Assembly: GCA_031409275.1 (NCBI GenBank)
Contig: JANNXA010000014.1
Coordinates: 160,001 to 224,000, forward strand
Source of the DNA: Planctomycetota bacterium
GTDB taxonomy: Bacteria > Planctomycetota > B15-G4 > SIAN01
DNA length: 64,000 nt
Direction of reading: 5' to 3'
This document shows, piece by piece, positions 9,087 through 18,311 of this stretch (position 1 is its first letter; each line of letters starts with the position of its first letter). Made by a program: the position numbers and the translations under genes. Below the pieces are notes generated by a model, which made no database searches, was not told the origin of the DNA, and saw nothing but the letters and a program-made list of their open reading frames with translations.

Positions 9087-10322
9087 TCACAACGGGCCGG
9101 CCGCCCCAGCCAGCCGCCAGCTGCCGGCCCCGCGAAAGCTCCCCTCCGAGCCGTCGACCTCGATCGTCTGTCCGGTGAGCGGGCTCTCGTAGAGGAACCG
9201 CTCGCCGCGCCGCTCGCGCAGGTACGGGCCATCCGCCTGCACTTTGCCGCCGCCGCCCGGCAGATCGACCGTGAGGCGCGGGATGGCGAGCCCGCTCACC
9301 TTGCCTTGAAGCGAAGCGATCAGGTCGATGCCGCGCGCCAGGCCGACGCGCAGGTGACGCACGCCCCGCACCGGATCGCAATGGTGCAGGTAGTAGGCGC
9401 GCAGCCCCGCCCGCAGCAACGCTCGCGACAGGTCGAGCAGGTCGCCCGGCACATCGTTGATACCGCGCAGCAGGACGCCTTGATTGCTGACCACGACGCC
9501 CGCGCCGGCAAGCCGCCGCACCGCCGTCGCCGCTTCCGCCGTCACTTCACGCGCATGGTTGAAGTGGGTGTTGAGCCAGAGCGGCGCGGCCGGCGCGAGC
9601 TCGCGCAGCAGTTCGTCGTCGATGCGCATCGGCAACGTGACCGGCACCCGGCTGCCGAGCCGCAGCAGGTCGAGATCGCACCGCTCGCGCAGCGCGCGCA
9701 CCACCTTGCCGACGTAGCTCGGCGGCAGGTTCAACGGGTCGCCGCCCGAAAGGAGCACGTCGCGGATCGCAGGGCGCGAAGCGATGGCGGCGACACCCGC
9801 CTCGATCTGATCGTCGCTCAATCGAGTGAATCCGCCCTCCCACTCGCGCCGTCGCATGCAATGGCGGCAGAGCGTCGAGCAGAAGTTGGTCAGCAGGAAG
9901 AGCGCGCGATCGGGGTAGCGGTTGACCACCCCCTTCGCGATCTCGAGCTCCTCTTCGAGGAACGGATCGGGCACTCCGCTCGCCTGCGCTGCGCCCTCCT
10001 GCTCGGCCGGATCGGGCAGCACCTGCGGCAGGATCGGATCGCGCGGATCATCGGGTCGCGCGAGCGCGAGATAGCACGGCGTGACCGAGACCTCGCTCGC
10101 TGCACCCGCCTGTTCGAGCGCCACCCGCATCGCGGGCGCGACCGGAAAGTCGGCGCCCAGCAGATCGAGCAACGCACCGACGTTCGTCACGCGATGGGCA
10201 AGCTGCCAGCGCCAGTCGTGCCACTCGCCCGACGCGAGCGCGCCCCCCCACGCGCGTTGCGCGAAGGGCGGGAGCGGCAGAGTCGACGGGAGCAGCGGTG
10301 GCGCGGCCATGCGGCGCGGCAT
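9087..10322 (-). CDS. KamA/EpmB family radical SAM lysine 2,3-aminomutase
   Basis: WHDWRWQL, NRYPDRAL, CSTLCRHC radical SAM motif, LLSGGDPL, NTHFNH, NQGVLLRGIND, YYLHHCD, VDLPGGGGK (PLP lysine). Start 10322 or 10310. Confidence 0.9.
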   Translation of the reverse strand: MPRRMAAPPLLPSTLPLPPFAQRAWGGALASGEWHDWRWQLAHRVTNVGALLDLLGADFPVAPAMRVALEQAGAASEVSVTPCYLALARPDDPRDPILPQVLPDPAEQEGAAQASGVPDPFLEEELEIAKGVVNRYPDRALFLLTNFCSTLCRHCMRRREWEGGFTRLSDDQIEAGVAAIASRPAIRDVLLSGGDPLNLPPSYVGKVVRALRERCDLDLLRLGSRVPVTLPMRIDDELLRELAPAAPLWLNTHFNHAREVTAEAATAVRRLAGAGVVVSNQGVLLRGINDVPGDLLDLSRALLRAGLRAYYLHHCDPVRGVRHLRVGLARGIDLIASLQGKVSGLAIPRLTVDLPGGGGKVQADGPYLRERRGERFLYESPLTGQTIEVDGSEGSFRGAGSWRLAGAAGPL

Positions 10323-10352
10323 CGTAGGCGAGCCACGCCGCTGCCGCGCGAG

Positions 10353-12164
10353 CTACTTGGCGGCGCCGCCGTCCGCGGCGAGGTAGAGCGAGAACTTCAC
10401 CCACGCCTCACCGCGGCGCGCGACGAAGGCGAGCCGACCGTGATTGCGTGCGCCGAACTCCTGCATCACCTGCGCCACGCTCGAAGTCATCGCGCGGGCG
10501 TCGGCGGCGATCAGCACGTCGCCCGCGAGCGGAGTCGAGACGTCGAGTTTCGCCAGCTCCGCTTGGATCTGCCGCCCTTCGTTCATGTCGCTCGGGCAGC
10601 CGGGGTAGACCACCGACAGGTCGGGGAACGCCGCCGCGAGCGCCGCAGTCGAACGCGCCGACGGCGCGAAAGCGAACTTCGATCCCCAGTAGTGGAAGAG
10701 CGGCGCCCCCGGGCGCGCCGCCGCGCGTGCCGCCGCCACGAGTTCGACCATCGCTTCGGGAGATGAAGCGCGAACCCCATCGACCCTCGCGCCGAACCCG
10801 TCGCTCGTTGGCGAATTCACGTAGACCTCGATCCGCGAGCCCTGCGAGGGCCGCGGATCGTCCGAGAGCTCGATCGGGGCCGGCACGGCGAAGCCGCGCC
10901 CATCGTCCGGTACCGCGAACCGGATCGGCGCCGCGATCCGACTGTCAGCCCCCACCACCACCAGCAGCGCGACGCCGCCGCGCGTCAGCTCGATCCCGCC
11001 GGCCGGCACGCTCGGCAGCTCGACCCCACTCGCGGTGATCGCCTCGATCAGCGCTCGTTCCCCCGCCACCGCTGCATCGGCGGCCGCCGCGCCGCCGCTC
11101 TCTTGCGTCGAGCTCGCCGCGCCGCACGCGACCACGGCGAGCAGCAGCGCCGCCGCCGCGACGCGCGCGAATCGGGGCGAACGCAGCGACGACGCGCGCC
11201 CGTGCAGCAGCCGCTCGATCCGCTCGCGCAGCCGCCGCGCCGAACTCGACAGCGCGACCGCCGGCAGCGGCGCATCGCGATCGCACGCGTGTTCAGCGAC
11301 TTCGATCAAGCTCTTCGTGTAGTCCATGGCAGGAATGGCTCCTTCGAGGAGGACCGCTTCGTCGACGGCGAGCTCGCGTTCGCGCGCCAGTCGCGCGGCG
11401 GCGTGCCAGACGCAGGGATGAAACCAAAGCAGCGTGCGCGCGACGGTCGCGAGCGCCGCCATCCACGGATCGCGCCGCCGCAGGTGGAGCAGCTCGTGGA
11501 CGAAGATCGGCGCGAGGTCGAGCGGTCGCGGCGCCGGCGAAGCGGCGCACCCCATCGCCGCGTCCTCGACGACCAGTGCCGCGGAAAGCAGCAATACCGG
11601 CCGGGTGAGCCCGATCACGCCCGGCGAGGCGATCGCGTCGACCAGCCGCAGCTGCGGCGGCGCGACGCGCAGTTGCCGCGCCAGCGATGCGAACTGCCGC
11701 AAGACTGCCGCTGGAGCGAGTCGACCGCGCCGCGCCAGCGCCCGCCGCCGCCACGCACGCCTCACTTCGACGCCGGCCAACAGCAGCGCGCCGAACAGCC
11801 CGAGCGGCGCCACTGCGGCGAACGGCTGCCCCCAGGATGCGTTCGCCGAACCACCGCTGCGCAGTGCTGCATTGCGCGCCGTGGCGGTCGCGTCGTCACG
11901 CGATTCGCCTCCGCCTTGCGCGGCGCCGTCGAGCACCAACATCCACCGCCCGCGCCACGACTCCGCTTCACCGCCGCCGCGCGCTGCAACCCATCCGACG
12001 AAGGTCCGCCCGAAGGCCGCGATCGGTGGCACGAACGGCACCAGCAGCACGCCGAGCCAGAGCGCGTGGCGCAGCGTCGCGCTCCTCTTGCGCAGGAGCC
12101 ACGCCAGCGCCATCGCTACCGCCCATGCCGCCGTGACTCGCGCGCAGAGATCGAGCGCGCTCAC
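10353..12164 (-). CDS. M56 family (BlaR1/MecR1-like) metallopeptidase with an atypical C-terminal extracytoplasmic domain
   Basis: N-terminal TM helices, SATLRHALW, SPGVIGLTRPVLLL, HELLH zinc motif, LLWFHP, ERELAVD; GTG start overlaps the blaI-like stop (GTGA). Confidence 0.85.
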   Translation of the reverse strand: MSALDLCARVTAAWAVAMALAWLLRKRSATLRHALWLGVLLVPFVPPIAAFGRTFVGWVAARGGGEAESWRGRWMLVLDGAAQGGGESRDDATATARNAALRSGGSANASWGQPFAAVAPLGLFGALLLAGVEVRRAWRRRALARRGRLAPAAVLRQFASLARQLRVAPPQLRLVDAIASPGVIGLTRPVLLLSAALVVEDAAMGCAASPAPRPLDLAPIFVHELLHLRRRDPWMAALATVARTLLWFHPCVWHAAARLARERELAVDEAVLLEGAIPAMDYTKSLIEVAEHACDRDAPLPAVALSSSARRLRERIERLLHGRASSLRSPRFARVAAAALLLAVVACGAASSTQESGGAAAADAAVAGERALIEAITASGVELPSVPAGGIELTRGGVALLVVVGADSRIAAPIRFAVPDDGRGFAVPAPIELSDDPRPSQGSRIEVYVNSPTSDGFGARVDGVRASSPEAMVELVAAARAAARPGAPLFHYWGSKFAFAPSARSTAALAAAFPDLSVVYPGCPSDMNEGRQIQAELAKLDVSTPLAGDVLIAADARAMTSSVAQVMQEFGARNHGRLAFVARRGEAWVKFSLYLAADGGAAK

Positions 12165-12541
12165 GTTTGGCCGCCCCGCTCGAGCAGCGCGCGCAGCTTC
12201 ACGACGTCGGCCGCCGAGAGCCGGCGCGCGTCGGCGATGTAGCCGACGAGCGGCTCGAGCGAGTCGTCGAGCACGCGATCGAGGAAGCTGCCGATCGCGC
12301 GTGGCAGCAGTTCCTCGCGTCTCCTCGCCGCGACGTAGCGGCGCACGCCCGAGCGGTCGCTCGACTTGAGCAGCCCCTTCGCCTCCATCCGCTCGAGCAG
12401 CGTCTTCACCGTCGTACGCGCCCAGCCGGTCGCATTTGCGACCTCGGCGTGGACCTCCCGTACCGTGCCGCCGCCGAGCCGCCACAGCGCGCGCAGCAGC
12501 GTCCATTCGCTTGGACCGAGTTCGGGCGGTTTCGGGGCCAT
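12161..12541 (-). CDS. BlaI/MecI/CopY family transcriptional repressor
   Basis: LGPSEWTLLRALW...TVREV...WARTTVKTLLERMEAKGLL winged-helix signature; coupled to the M56 gene. Confidence 0.92.
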   Translation of the reverse strand: MAPKPPELGPSEWTLLRALWRLGGGTVREVHAEVANATGWARTTVKTLLERMEAKGLLKSSDRSGVRRYVAARRREELLPRAIGSFLDRVLDDSLEPLVGYIADARRLSAADVVKLRALLERGGQT

Positions 12542-12612
12542 CGGACGCTCCGGGTCGCGGGAGGGGTGGCGCCCGCGAATCGCTTCGGGGGGGAGCGCAC
12601 GACCAGCCGTTC

Positions 12613-12630
12613 TGGCGACAGTTGTAGCCA
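12613..12630. promoter_or_regulatory. Candidate BlaI/CopY-type operator
   Basis: TGGCGACA-GT-TGTAGCCA: 8-bp arms with one mismatch; core is one substitution from TACAnnTGTA; lies between blaI-like gene and divergent gene. Confidence 0.65.
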
Positions 12631-12723
12631 CATCAACGGCGCCGGCAACCGCCGGTTCACGGCCGCGCTATCGTCCTGACCTCTCCCGGAGCAGCGTCTG
12701 CCCCGCCTCGCCCGGAGTTTCCC

Positions 12724-15700
12724 ATGCCGCGTCGCTCGCTCACGCTCGCCCTCCCCGCGCTCCTGCTGCTCACGCTCGCGCTCACACTGTGGCGCACGCT
12801 GGCAGGCGACGGCGCGCGCGTCGTCGCTCCGAAGGCGCAATCGCCCGCCGCTTCGGCGCCGGAGCACGCCGCCGTCGCCGCGGCGAGCGACGCCGAAGTC
12901 GGTGCCGACCGCGCGCTCGCGCCGTCGGCGAGCGATCGGCCGTCGATCGCGGTCGCCCCCGGCCGAGCGCTGCTGCACGGCTTCGTCGCCGATCGAGCCG
13001 GATTGGTCGTCGCCAACGCGACCCTCTGGTTTGGCGAGCCGGGCGGGCGGGCCGAGCGCACGCCGGGCACTCGCTACACGATCGAGGGCGGCGAATACGC
13101 GCTGGCCTCGCTGCCGGCCGCCATCGTGCCGTTCCGGATCGAGTCCGAAGGCTTCGCGACTCTCGAGCTCGCGCTCGACCTGCGCGCCGGCGGCGTGCTC
13201 CGCCACGACTTCCTGCTCGATCGCCCCGCCTCTCTCACGATCCAGCTGGTCCGGCCCGATGGAGAGCCCTGGTCGCTCGACGGGGTTCCGTTGGCGGCCG
13301 CCACCGGGCTCGCCCACAGCGAGGAGGAGCGACGGCTCGCCGCGTTCGCGAGCGGCGTCGGAGTCATCGCGACCGAGGAGCCGCCACCGGCGCGCTTCTC
13401 GCCAACGCCGGGGAGCCGAGCCGAGCCGCATGGCATCGGAGCGTTCCGGCGCGCCGACGAGCAGGCGCCCCGCCGCAGTGCCGCGTCAGCGATCCCGAGC
13501 GGCGCGTTCGGTGTGCTCGAGACGCCGCGACTGCCGGTCGAGGTGAGCCTCCTCTTCATGCACGAGGTCGTCGCGACGCAGCGGGTGACCACCGGCGACG
13601 CGCCGGTCCGCTTCGTGATCGACGCGACGCAGCTCACGCGCTTCTTCGGCGAGGTGCGCGGGCGAGTGATCGACGCGGTGACGGGCGAACCGATCGCCGG
13701 CGCGGCGTTCCTGCTCAACGACGCGCAGACTTTCCGACAGGGCGGGAACAGCAGCGCGGACGGCCGTTTCGCCTTCACGCTGGAGAAGCCGGGCTGGCGA
13801 ACGGTGCAGGTCGAAATGCCGGGCCGCGCGCGCTGGCAGCGTGCGGTGCTGGTGGAGGCGGGCCGAGTGACCGACCTCGGTGACCTCGCGCTCGACGTCA
13901 GCCTCACCTTGCGCGGCACGCTCGCCGACGGCGAAGGGCGGCCGCTCGGCGCGCGCTTGCACGCGTGGCCGCTCGACGGCCAGACGCTCGGCGCCCCGTT
14001 CGGCGCGAACTACTACTGGGGCGTCGAAAAGCCGGGCACGTTCGAGATCGACGGTCTCGGGAAGGGGCGCTACGTGGTCGGCGCCCACTGCGACGACGAC
14101 CCGACGCTGCAGGCACGCGCGATCGTCGACCTGCGGTCGGGCAGCGCGCCATTGCTGCCGCTGGTGTTGACCGCCGCGACGGCCGTCGAGCTCGATGCCG
14201 GACTCGCGCCGGGGCGCCTCGTCGTCTCGTCGCTGCAGCGAAGTGACGGCGTCCTCGAGCTGGCGTCGTTCGAGCGCACCGATCACCGCTTCCGCGCGCG
14301 CCTGCTGCCCGGATCGTGGTGCTGGACGCTTCACGAAGAGGGGCGCGAGCTGCGGCGCGTCACCTTCGAGCTCGGAAGCCGGCCGCTGCGGATCACGTTC
14401 GCCCAAGGGGCCGCCGATGCGACGGTCGCTGAAATCGGCGGCGCCAGCGACACCGCGAACGGCGGAAGCGACGCGGTCGAGAGCGACTTGCCCACGCTGC
14501 TGCCGACGGCGTTCCCCGGGCTCGTGCGCGGAGTGCTGCTCGTCGGCGTCGTGCAGGACGGAGTGGGCGCGCCGATCGCGGGAGCGCGGGTCGGCGCCAC
14601 GCCACTCGACGGGCCGGTGCGCTACGGCCGATCGGGGAGCGACGGGCAGTTCGCGATCGCGGGACTCGCCGCGGGCCGCTTCGATCTCCGCGCGCGCGCC
14701 GAAGGCTGCGTGTCCGGAGTCGAGCAGGTCGAGCTCGCCGCCGGTCGGGCGCCGCCGACCGTCGTGATGACGCTCCAGCGCGCAACCCCGATCGAGGTCT
14801 TCCTCGAGGACGAGACGGGCGCTCCGCTCACCCGCGCCTTCGAGCAGCGCTTCCCCCACTCGCGGCTCGCGCAGGAGGTGCGTGTGATCGCGACCCTCGA
14901 TGCGCCGGGAGAATCGGTGGTCCGCTCGACGCGCGGGGTCGGCCAGTGGCGACCGAACTGGAGCGGCGGCCCGGGGACGCTCGAGCTGAGCGTGCCGCCC
15001 CCCCTCTTCATCAGCGCGCTCCATGCGGGGCGCGTGCTGGCGAGCGCCGAGCTGGCCGACGGCGAGACGGCGATTCACCTCCGCGTGCGCGCCGCGGAGT
15101 TCGACGCCGCTCGCGCGACGCTGCGCTTCCGCCTGGTCGACGCCGACACCGGCGCCGTGGTGATGCGCGCCTTCGCCGGCCTGACTGGCTTGAACGGCGG
15201 CATGCATGGCGAGCCGCGCGATCTCCCCGAGTCGAGCGGCGGCGTGATCACGCTCGCCGAGGAACAGGCGGGCCGACGCAACCTCTCGATCGCGCTCGAC
15301 GGCGGAGTCCTCTTCAACCTCGTCGTCGAGCTGCCGCCCGGCCAGACCGTCGACCTCGGCGACTTGCCCGTCCGCTCGCCGACGTCGTTGCATGGCACCA
15401 TCGTCGATGAGCGGGGGGCGCCGCTCGCCGTCGCGCTGCGCATCGTCCATCTCGACCTCGATGGGCAGCCGACCTTGGAGGGCACCGTCCACGAGGTGGA
15501 GGCCGATGGCGACGGCCGCTTCGAGTTCGCCACGGCACTGCCCCGCGTGCGCCTGCAACCGTCGCAGGGGGATTACGCGCTCGACCCGGCGATCGTCGAT
15601 GTCGCCGCGGCAGCGGCGGCAGGGGGCGAGGTGCAGGTCGTCCTCCGGCGCGGGATCGCCGTCGCGCTGCGTCCCGGTCGGGCCGACGAGGCGTGCGAGG

Positions 15701-15876
15701 TGACGCTGCTTCGCAATGGCGAACTGCTGCGCCGTACGCTGCTGTCGCCCGGCGACGCGATGCGCGCGCGGCTCGTCGCCGGCGACTACCAGGCGACCAT
15801 CGCGTACGAGGGCACCGAGCCGATCGAGAAGCGCTTCCGGGTCGGCGCGACCGCGCTCGAGGTGGCGCTGCCGTAG
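12724..15876 (+). CDS. Membrane-anchored protein with repeated carboxypeptidase-regulatory-like (transthyretin-like) beta-sandwich domains
   Basis: N-terminal TM helix; recurring GRVIDAVTGEPIAGA, GVVQDGVGAPIAGARV, GTIVDERGAPL and DGRF motifs. Confidence 0.8.
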   Translation: MPRRSLTLALPALLLLTLALTLWRTLAGDGARVVAPKAQSPAASAPEHAAVAAASDAEVGADRALAPSASDRPSIAVAPGRALLHGFVADRAGLVVANATLWFGEPGGRAERTPGTRYTIEGGEYALASLPAAIVPFRIESEGFATLELALDLRAGGVLRHDFLLDRPASLTIQLVRPDGEPWSLDGVPLAAATGLAHSEEERRLAAFASGVGVIATEEPPPARFSPTPGSRAEPHGIGAFRRADEQAPRRSAASAIPSGAFGVLETPRLPVEVSLLFMHEVVATQRVTTGDAPVRFVIDATQLTRFFGEVRGRVIDAVTGEPIAGAAFLLNDAQTFRQGGNSSADGRFAFTLEKPGWRTVQVEMPGRARWQRAVLVEAGRVTDLGDLALDVSLTLRGTLADGEGRPLGARLHAWPLDGQTLGAPFGANYYWGVEKPGTFEIDGLGKGRYVVGAHCDDDPTLQARAIVDLRSGSAPLLPLVLTAATAVELDAGLAPGRLVVSSLQRSDGVLELASFERTDHRFRARLLPGSWCWTLHEEGRELRRVTFELGSRPLRITFAQGAADATVAEIGGASDTANGGSDAVESDLPTLLPTAFPGLVRGVLLVGVVQDGVGAPIAGARVGATPLDGPVRYGRSGSDGQFAIAGLAAGRFDLRARAEGCVSGVEQVELAAGRAPPTVVMTLQRATPIEVFLEDETGAPLTRAFEQRFPHSRLAQEVRVIATLDAPGESVVRSTRGVGQWRPNWSGGPGTLELSVPPPLFISALHAGRVLASAELADGETAIHLRVRAAEFDAARATLRFRLVDADTGAVVMRAFAGLTGLNGGMHGEPRDLPESSGGVITLAEEQAGRRNLSIALDGGVLFNLVVELPPGQTVDLGDLPVRSPTSLHGTIVDERGAPLAVALRIVHLDLDGQPTLEGTVHEVEADGDGRFEFATALPRVRLQPSQGDYALDPAIVDVAAAAAAGGEVQVVLRRGIAVALRPGRADEACEVTLLRNGELLRRTLLSPGDAMRARLVAGDYQATIAYEGTEPIEKRFRVGATALEVALP

Positions 15877-15944
15877 TCTGGACCGATCGGGCTGCGGACG
15901 CGCTTCGTCGCGAGGCTGTCCGCAGCGGCGGTTCGGAGGGCGCC

Positions 15945-18218
15945 ATGACCGGACGCGATTCGCTCGGCATCCTTCGCGACCACTCCACGCGCCCTCGGCT
16001 GAAGCGGGCGCGCACCCTCGGAGGGCTTGCGCTCCTGCTCGTCGGACAGGTAGCAGCCACGCCGCGGCACGCACTGCACGCTCGCCTCGACGACGAATCG
16101 AAACCGCCGCTGCACTGGTTCGTCGCGCCCGATGGCAACGACTCAGCCGATGGCCGGGCGCTGCGCGCGGACGGCGGACACGCACCGTTCAAGACGTTGC
16201 GGCGCGCATTCGATGCGGTCCGAGCGGCGAAGGTCGCGAACGGGGGCAGCCTGCCGAGCATCGCGACGATCGAGCTCGCCCCTGCGCTCCACTTCCTCGA
16301 CGCGCCGCTGCGGCTCGGCGCGGACGACTCCGGCGGCGGGTTCGGTGATCACGGCCACATCGTCGTTCGCACCGCGGAGACGAGCGCGCCGGACGCCGCG
16401 GCGCACGCGCCCCATGCCGTCGTGAGCGGTGGACAACGAATCGACGGTTGGCGCCGCGAGAAGAGCGGCGAACGCGACTGCTTCGTCGCGACGGTCGCTC
16501 CGCTCGCCGCGCACGGATCCCCCTTCCGCGAACTCTGGATCGATGGCCAGCGCCGGCCACGCGCGCGCCATCCCGATCACGGCTACCTCGCCGTCGCAGC
16601 GATCGACACCGTGGATGCGGCGAAGCCGTGGAACGCGCCGATCGCCGCCTTCACCGCCGCCCCGCGCGACATCGCGCCGCTCGTCGCGGCCTCGCATGCG
16701 CCGCGCCCTGATGGAACGCTCGCCGACGTCGTCGCGATGGGCCGCTGGATCGAGAACCACTGCCGCGTCGAAGCGGTGGACGCCGCGAGCGGCCGCGTCG
16801 CCCTGCGCGATCCGACGGTGTTCAAGCTCGAGGCCGACGACCTCTGGTACGCCGAAGGGGCGCGCGCCTTCCTCGATGCGCCGGGCGAGTGGTGGCTCGA
16901 CGAGGCGAAAGGCGAGCTGTGGGTCTTGCCGCTGCCGGGCGAGGAACTCGCGCAGTGCGAAGTGATCGCGCCCCGCCTCACCCACCTGATGGAGATCACG
17001 GGCGATCGGAAGGGCGAGCGCGACGTCGCGGAGGTGAGCTTCGAGGAAGTCGACTTCGCCCACTGCGAGTGGTGGTTCGCCCCGCCGACGACGCCAGGCG
17101 GGCCGCGCGCGAGCGGTTTCCCGCAAGCGGCCGTAGGCGTGCCGGCCGCGATCCGGCTCGAAGGAGCCAGGTACGTCAGCTTCAAGCACTGCACGATCGC
17201 CCACATCGGCGCCTACGCGCTCTCGATCGAACGCGGCAGCGTCAACGTGATCATCGACGGCTGCGACTTCGCCGATCTCGGCGGCGGCGGCGTGAAGCTC
17301 GGGACGACGACGCTCGATCCGGAAGCGGCTGGGCTCGGCAGCAGCTTCGCCACGATCGAGCGGTGCGGCATCGTCGACGGCGGGCGCCTCTTCCACAGTG
17401 CGGTTGGAATCTGGGGCGGGCAGCACGCGCACGCCGCGATCCAGTGCAACGAGATCGCCGACTTCTACTACTCGGGGATCTCGCTCGGCTGGACCTGGGG
17501 CTATGGGCCGGCGGCAGCCGCCGGCTCGACGATCGCGCTGAACTCCATCCACCACATCGGCAAGCGTCGTGACGGCAACGGCCCGATCCTCGCCGACATG
17601 GGCGGCATCTACACGCTCGGCAACCACGACGGGACGGTGATCGAACGCAACTGGTTCCACGACATCGCCGCGCGCAAGTACGGCGGCTGGGGGATCTACT
17701 TCGACGAGAGCACCACCAGGATCGTCGCGCGCGACAACGTGGTCGAGCGCACCACCCACGGCGGTTTCCACCAGCACTACGGACGCGACAACCTCGTCGA
17801 GCGCAACCTCTTCGTCGACGGCCGCGATGCGCAAGTGCAGCGCACGCGCTTCGAGGAGCACACGAGCTTCACCTTCCGCCGCAACGTCGTGCTCTTCGAG
17901 CAAGGCGAGCTCTTCGCCGGCGACCTCACCCACGGAAACGTCGTGTTCGAAGAGAACCTCTACTGGCGGCGCGACGGTGGCGCGATCCGCTTCGCTGGCG
18001 GCAGCTTCGCCGACTGGCAGGCGCGCGGGCTCGACGCGCGATCGCGGGTGATCGACCCCGGCTTCGTCACCAGGCCGTGGAGTCGCTGGACGTTCACAGC
18101 GGATGCACCTGCCGCCTCGCTGCTCGAACGGGGCCACTTCGCCGACGACCGCGCCGCCCGCTACGTGCCGTGGGCGTCGCCGTGGTGGGATCGGAACGCC
18201 GAGCGATCGCAGCGCTGA
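15945..18218 (+). CDS. Right-handed parallel beta-helix protein, GH141-like putative glycoside hydrolase
   Basis: GGAGG before ATG 15945; FVAPDGND...PFKTLRRA, VSGG, RELWIDG...RARHP, YSGISLGW, DMGGIYTLG, WGIYFDE. Confidence 0.75.
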   Translation: MTGRDSLGILRDHSTRPRLKRARTLGGLALLLVGQVAATPRHALHARLDDESKPPLHWFVAPDGNDSADGRALRADGGHAPFKTLRRAFDAVRAAKVANGGSLPSIATIELAPALHFLDAPLRLGADDSGGGFGDHGHIVVRTAETSAPDAAAHAPHAVVSGGQRIDGWRREKSGERDCFVATVAPLAAHGSPFRELWIDGQRRPRARHPDHGYLAVAAIDTVDAAKPWNAPIAAFTAAPRDIAPLVAASHAPRPDGTLADVVAMGRWIENHCRVEAVDAASGRVALRDPTVFKLEADDLWYAEGARAFLDAPGEWWLDEAKGELWVLPLPGEELAQCEVIAPRLTHLMEITGDRKGERDVAEVSFEEVDFAHCEWWFAPPTTPGGPRASGFPQAAVGVPAAIRLEGARYVSFKHCTIAHIGAYALSIERGSVNVIIDGCDFADLGGGGVKLGTTTLDPEAAGLGSSFATIERCGIVDGGRLFHSAVGIWGGQHAHAAIQCNEIADFYYSGISLGWTWGYGPAAAAGSTIALNSIHHIGKRRDGNGPILADMGGIYTLGNHDGTVIERNWFHDIAARKYGGWGIYFDESTTRIVARDNVVERTTHGGFHQHYGRDNLVERNLFVDGRDAQVQRTRFEEHTSFTFRRNVVLFEQGELFAGDLTHGNVVFEENLYWRRDGGAIRFAGGSFADWQARGLDARSRVIDPGFVTRPWSRWTFTADAPAASLLERGHFADDRAARYVPWASPWWDRNAERSQR

Positions 18219-18311
18219 CTCGGAACGATCGGAGCGCTACGCTCCCGCCCCCCCTCCTCGCCGGGAGCGAAACGCTCGCGGCGAGCCTCGACCCCACGGA
18301 AACGCTCCGCC

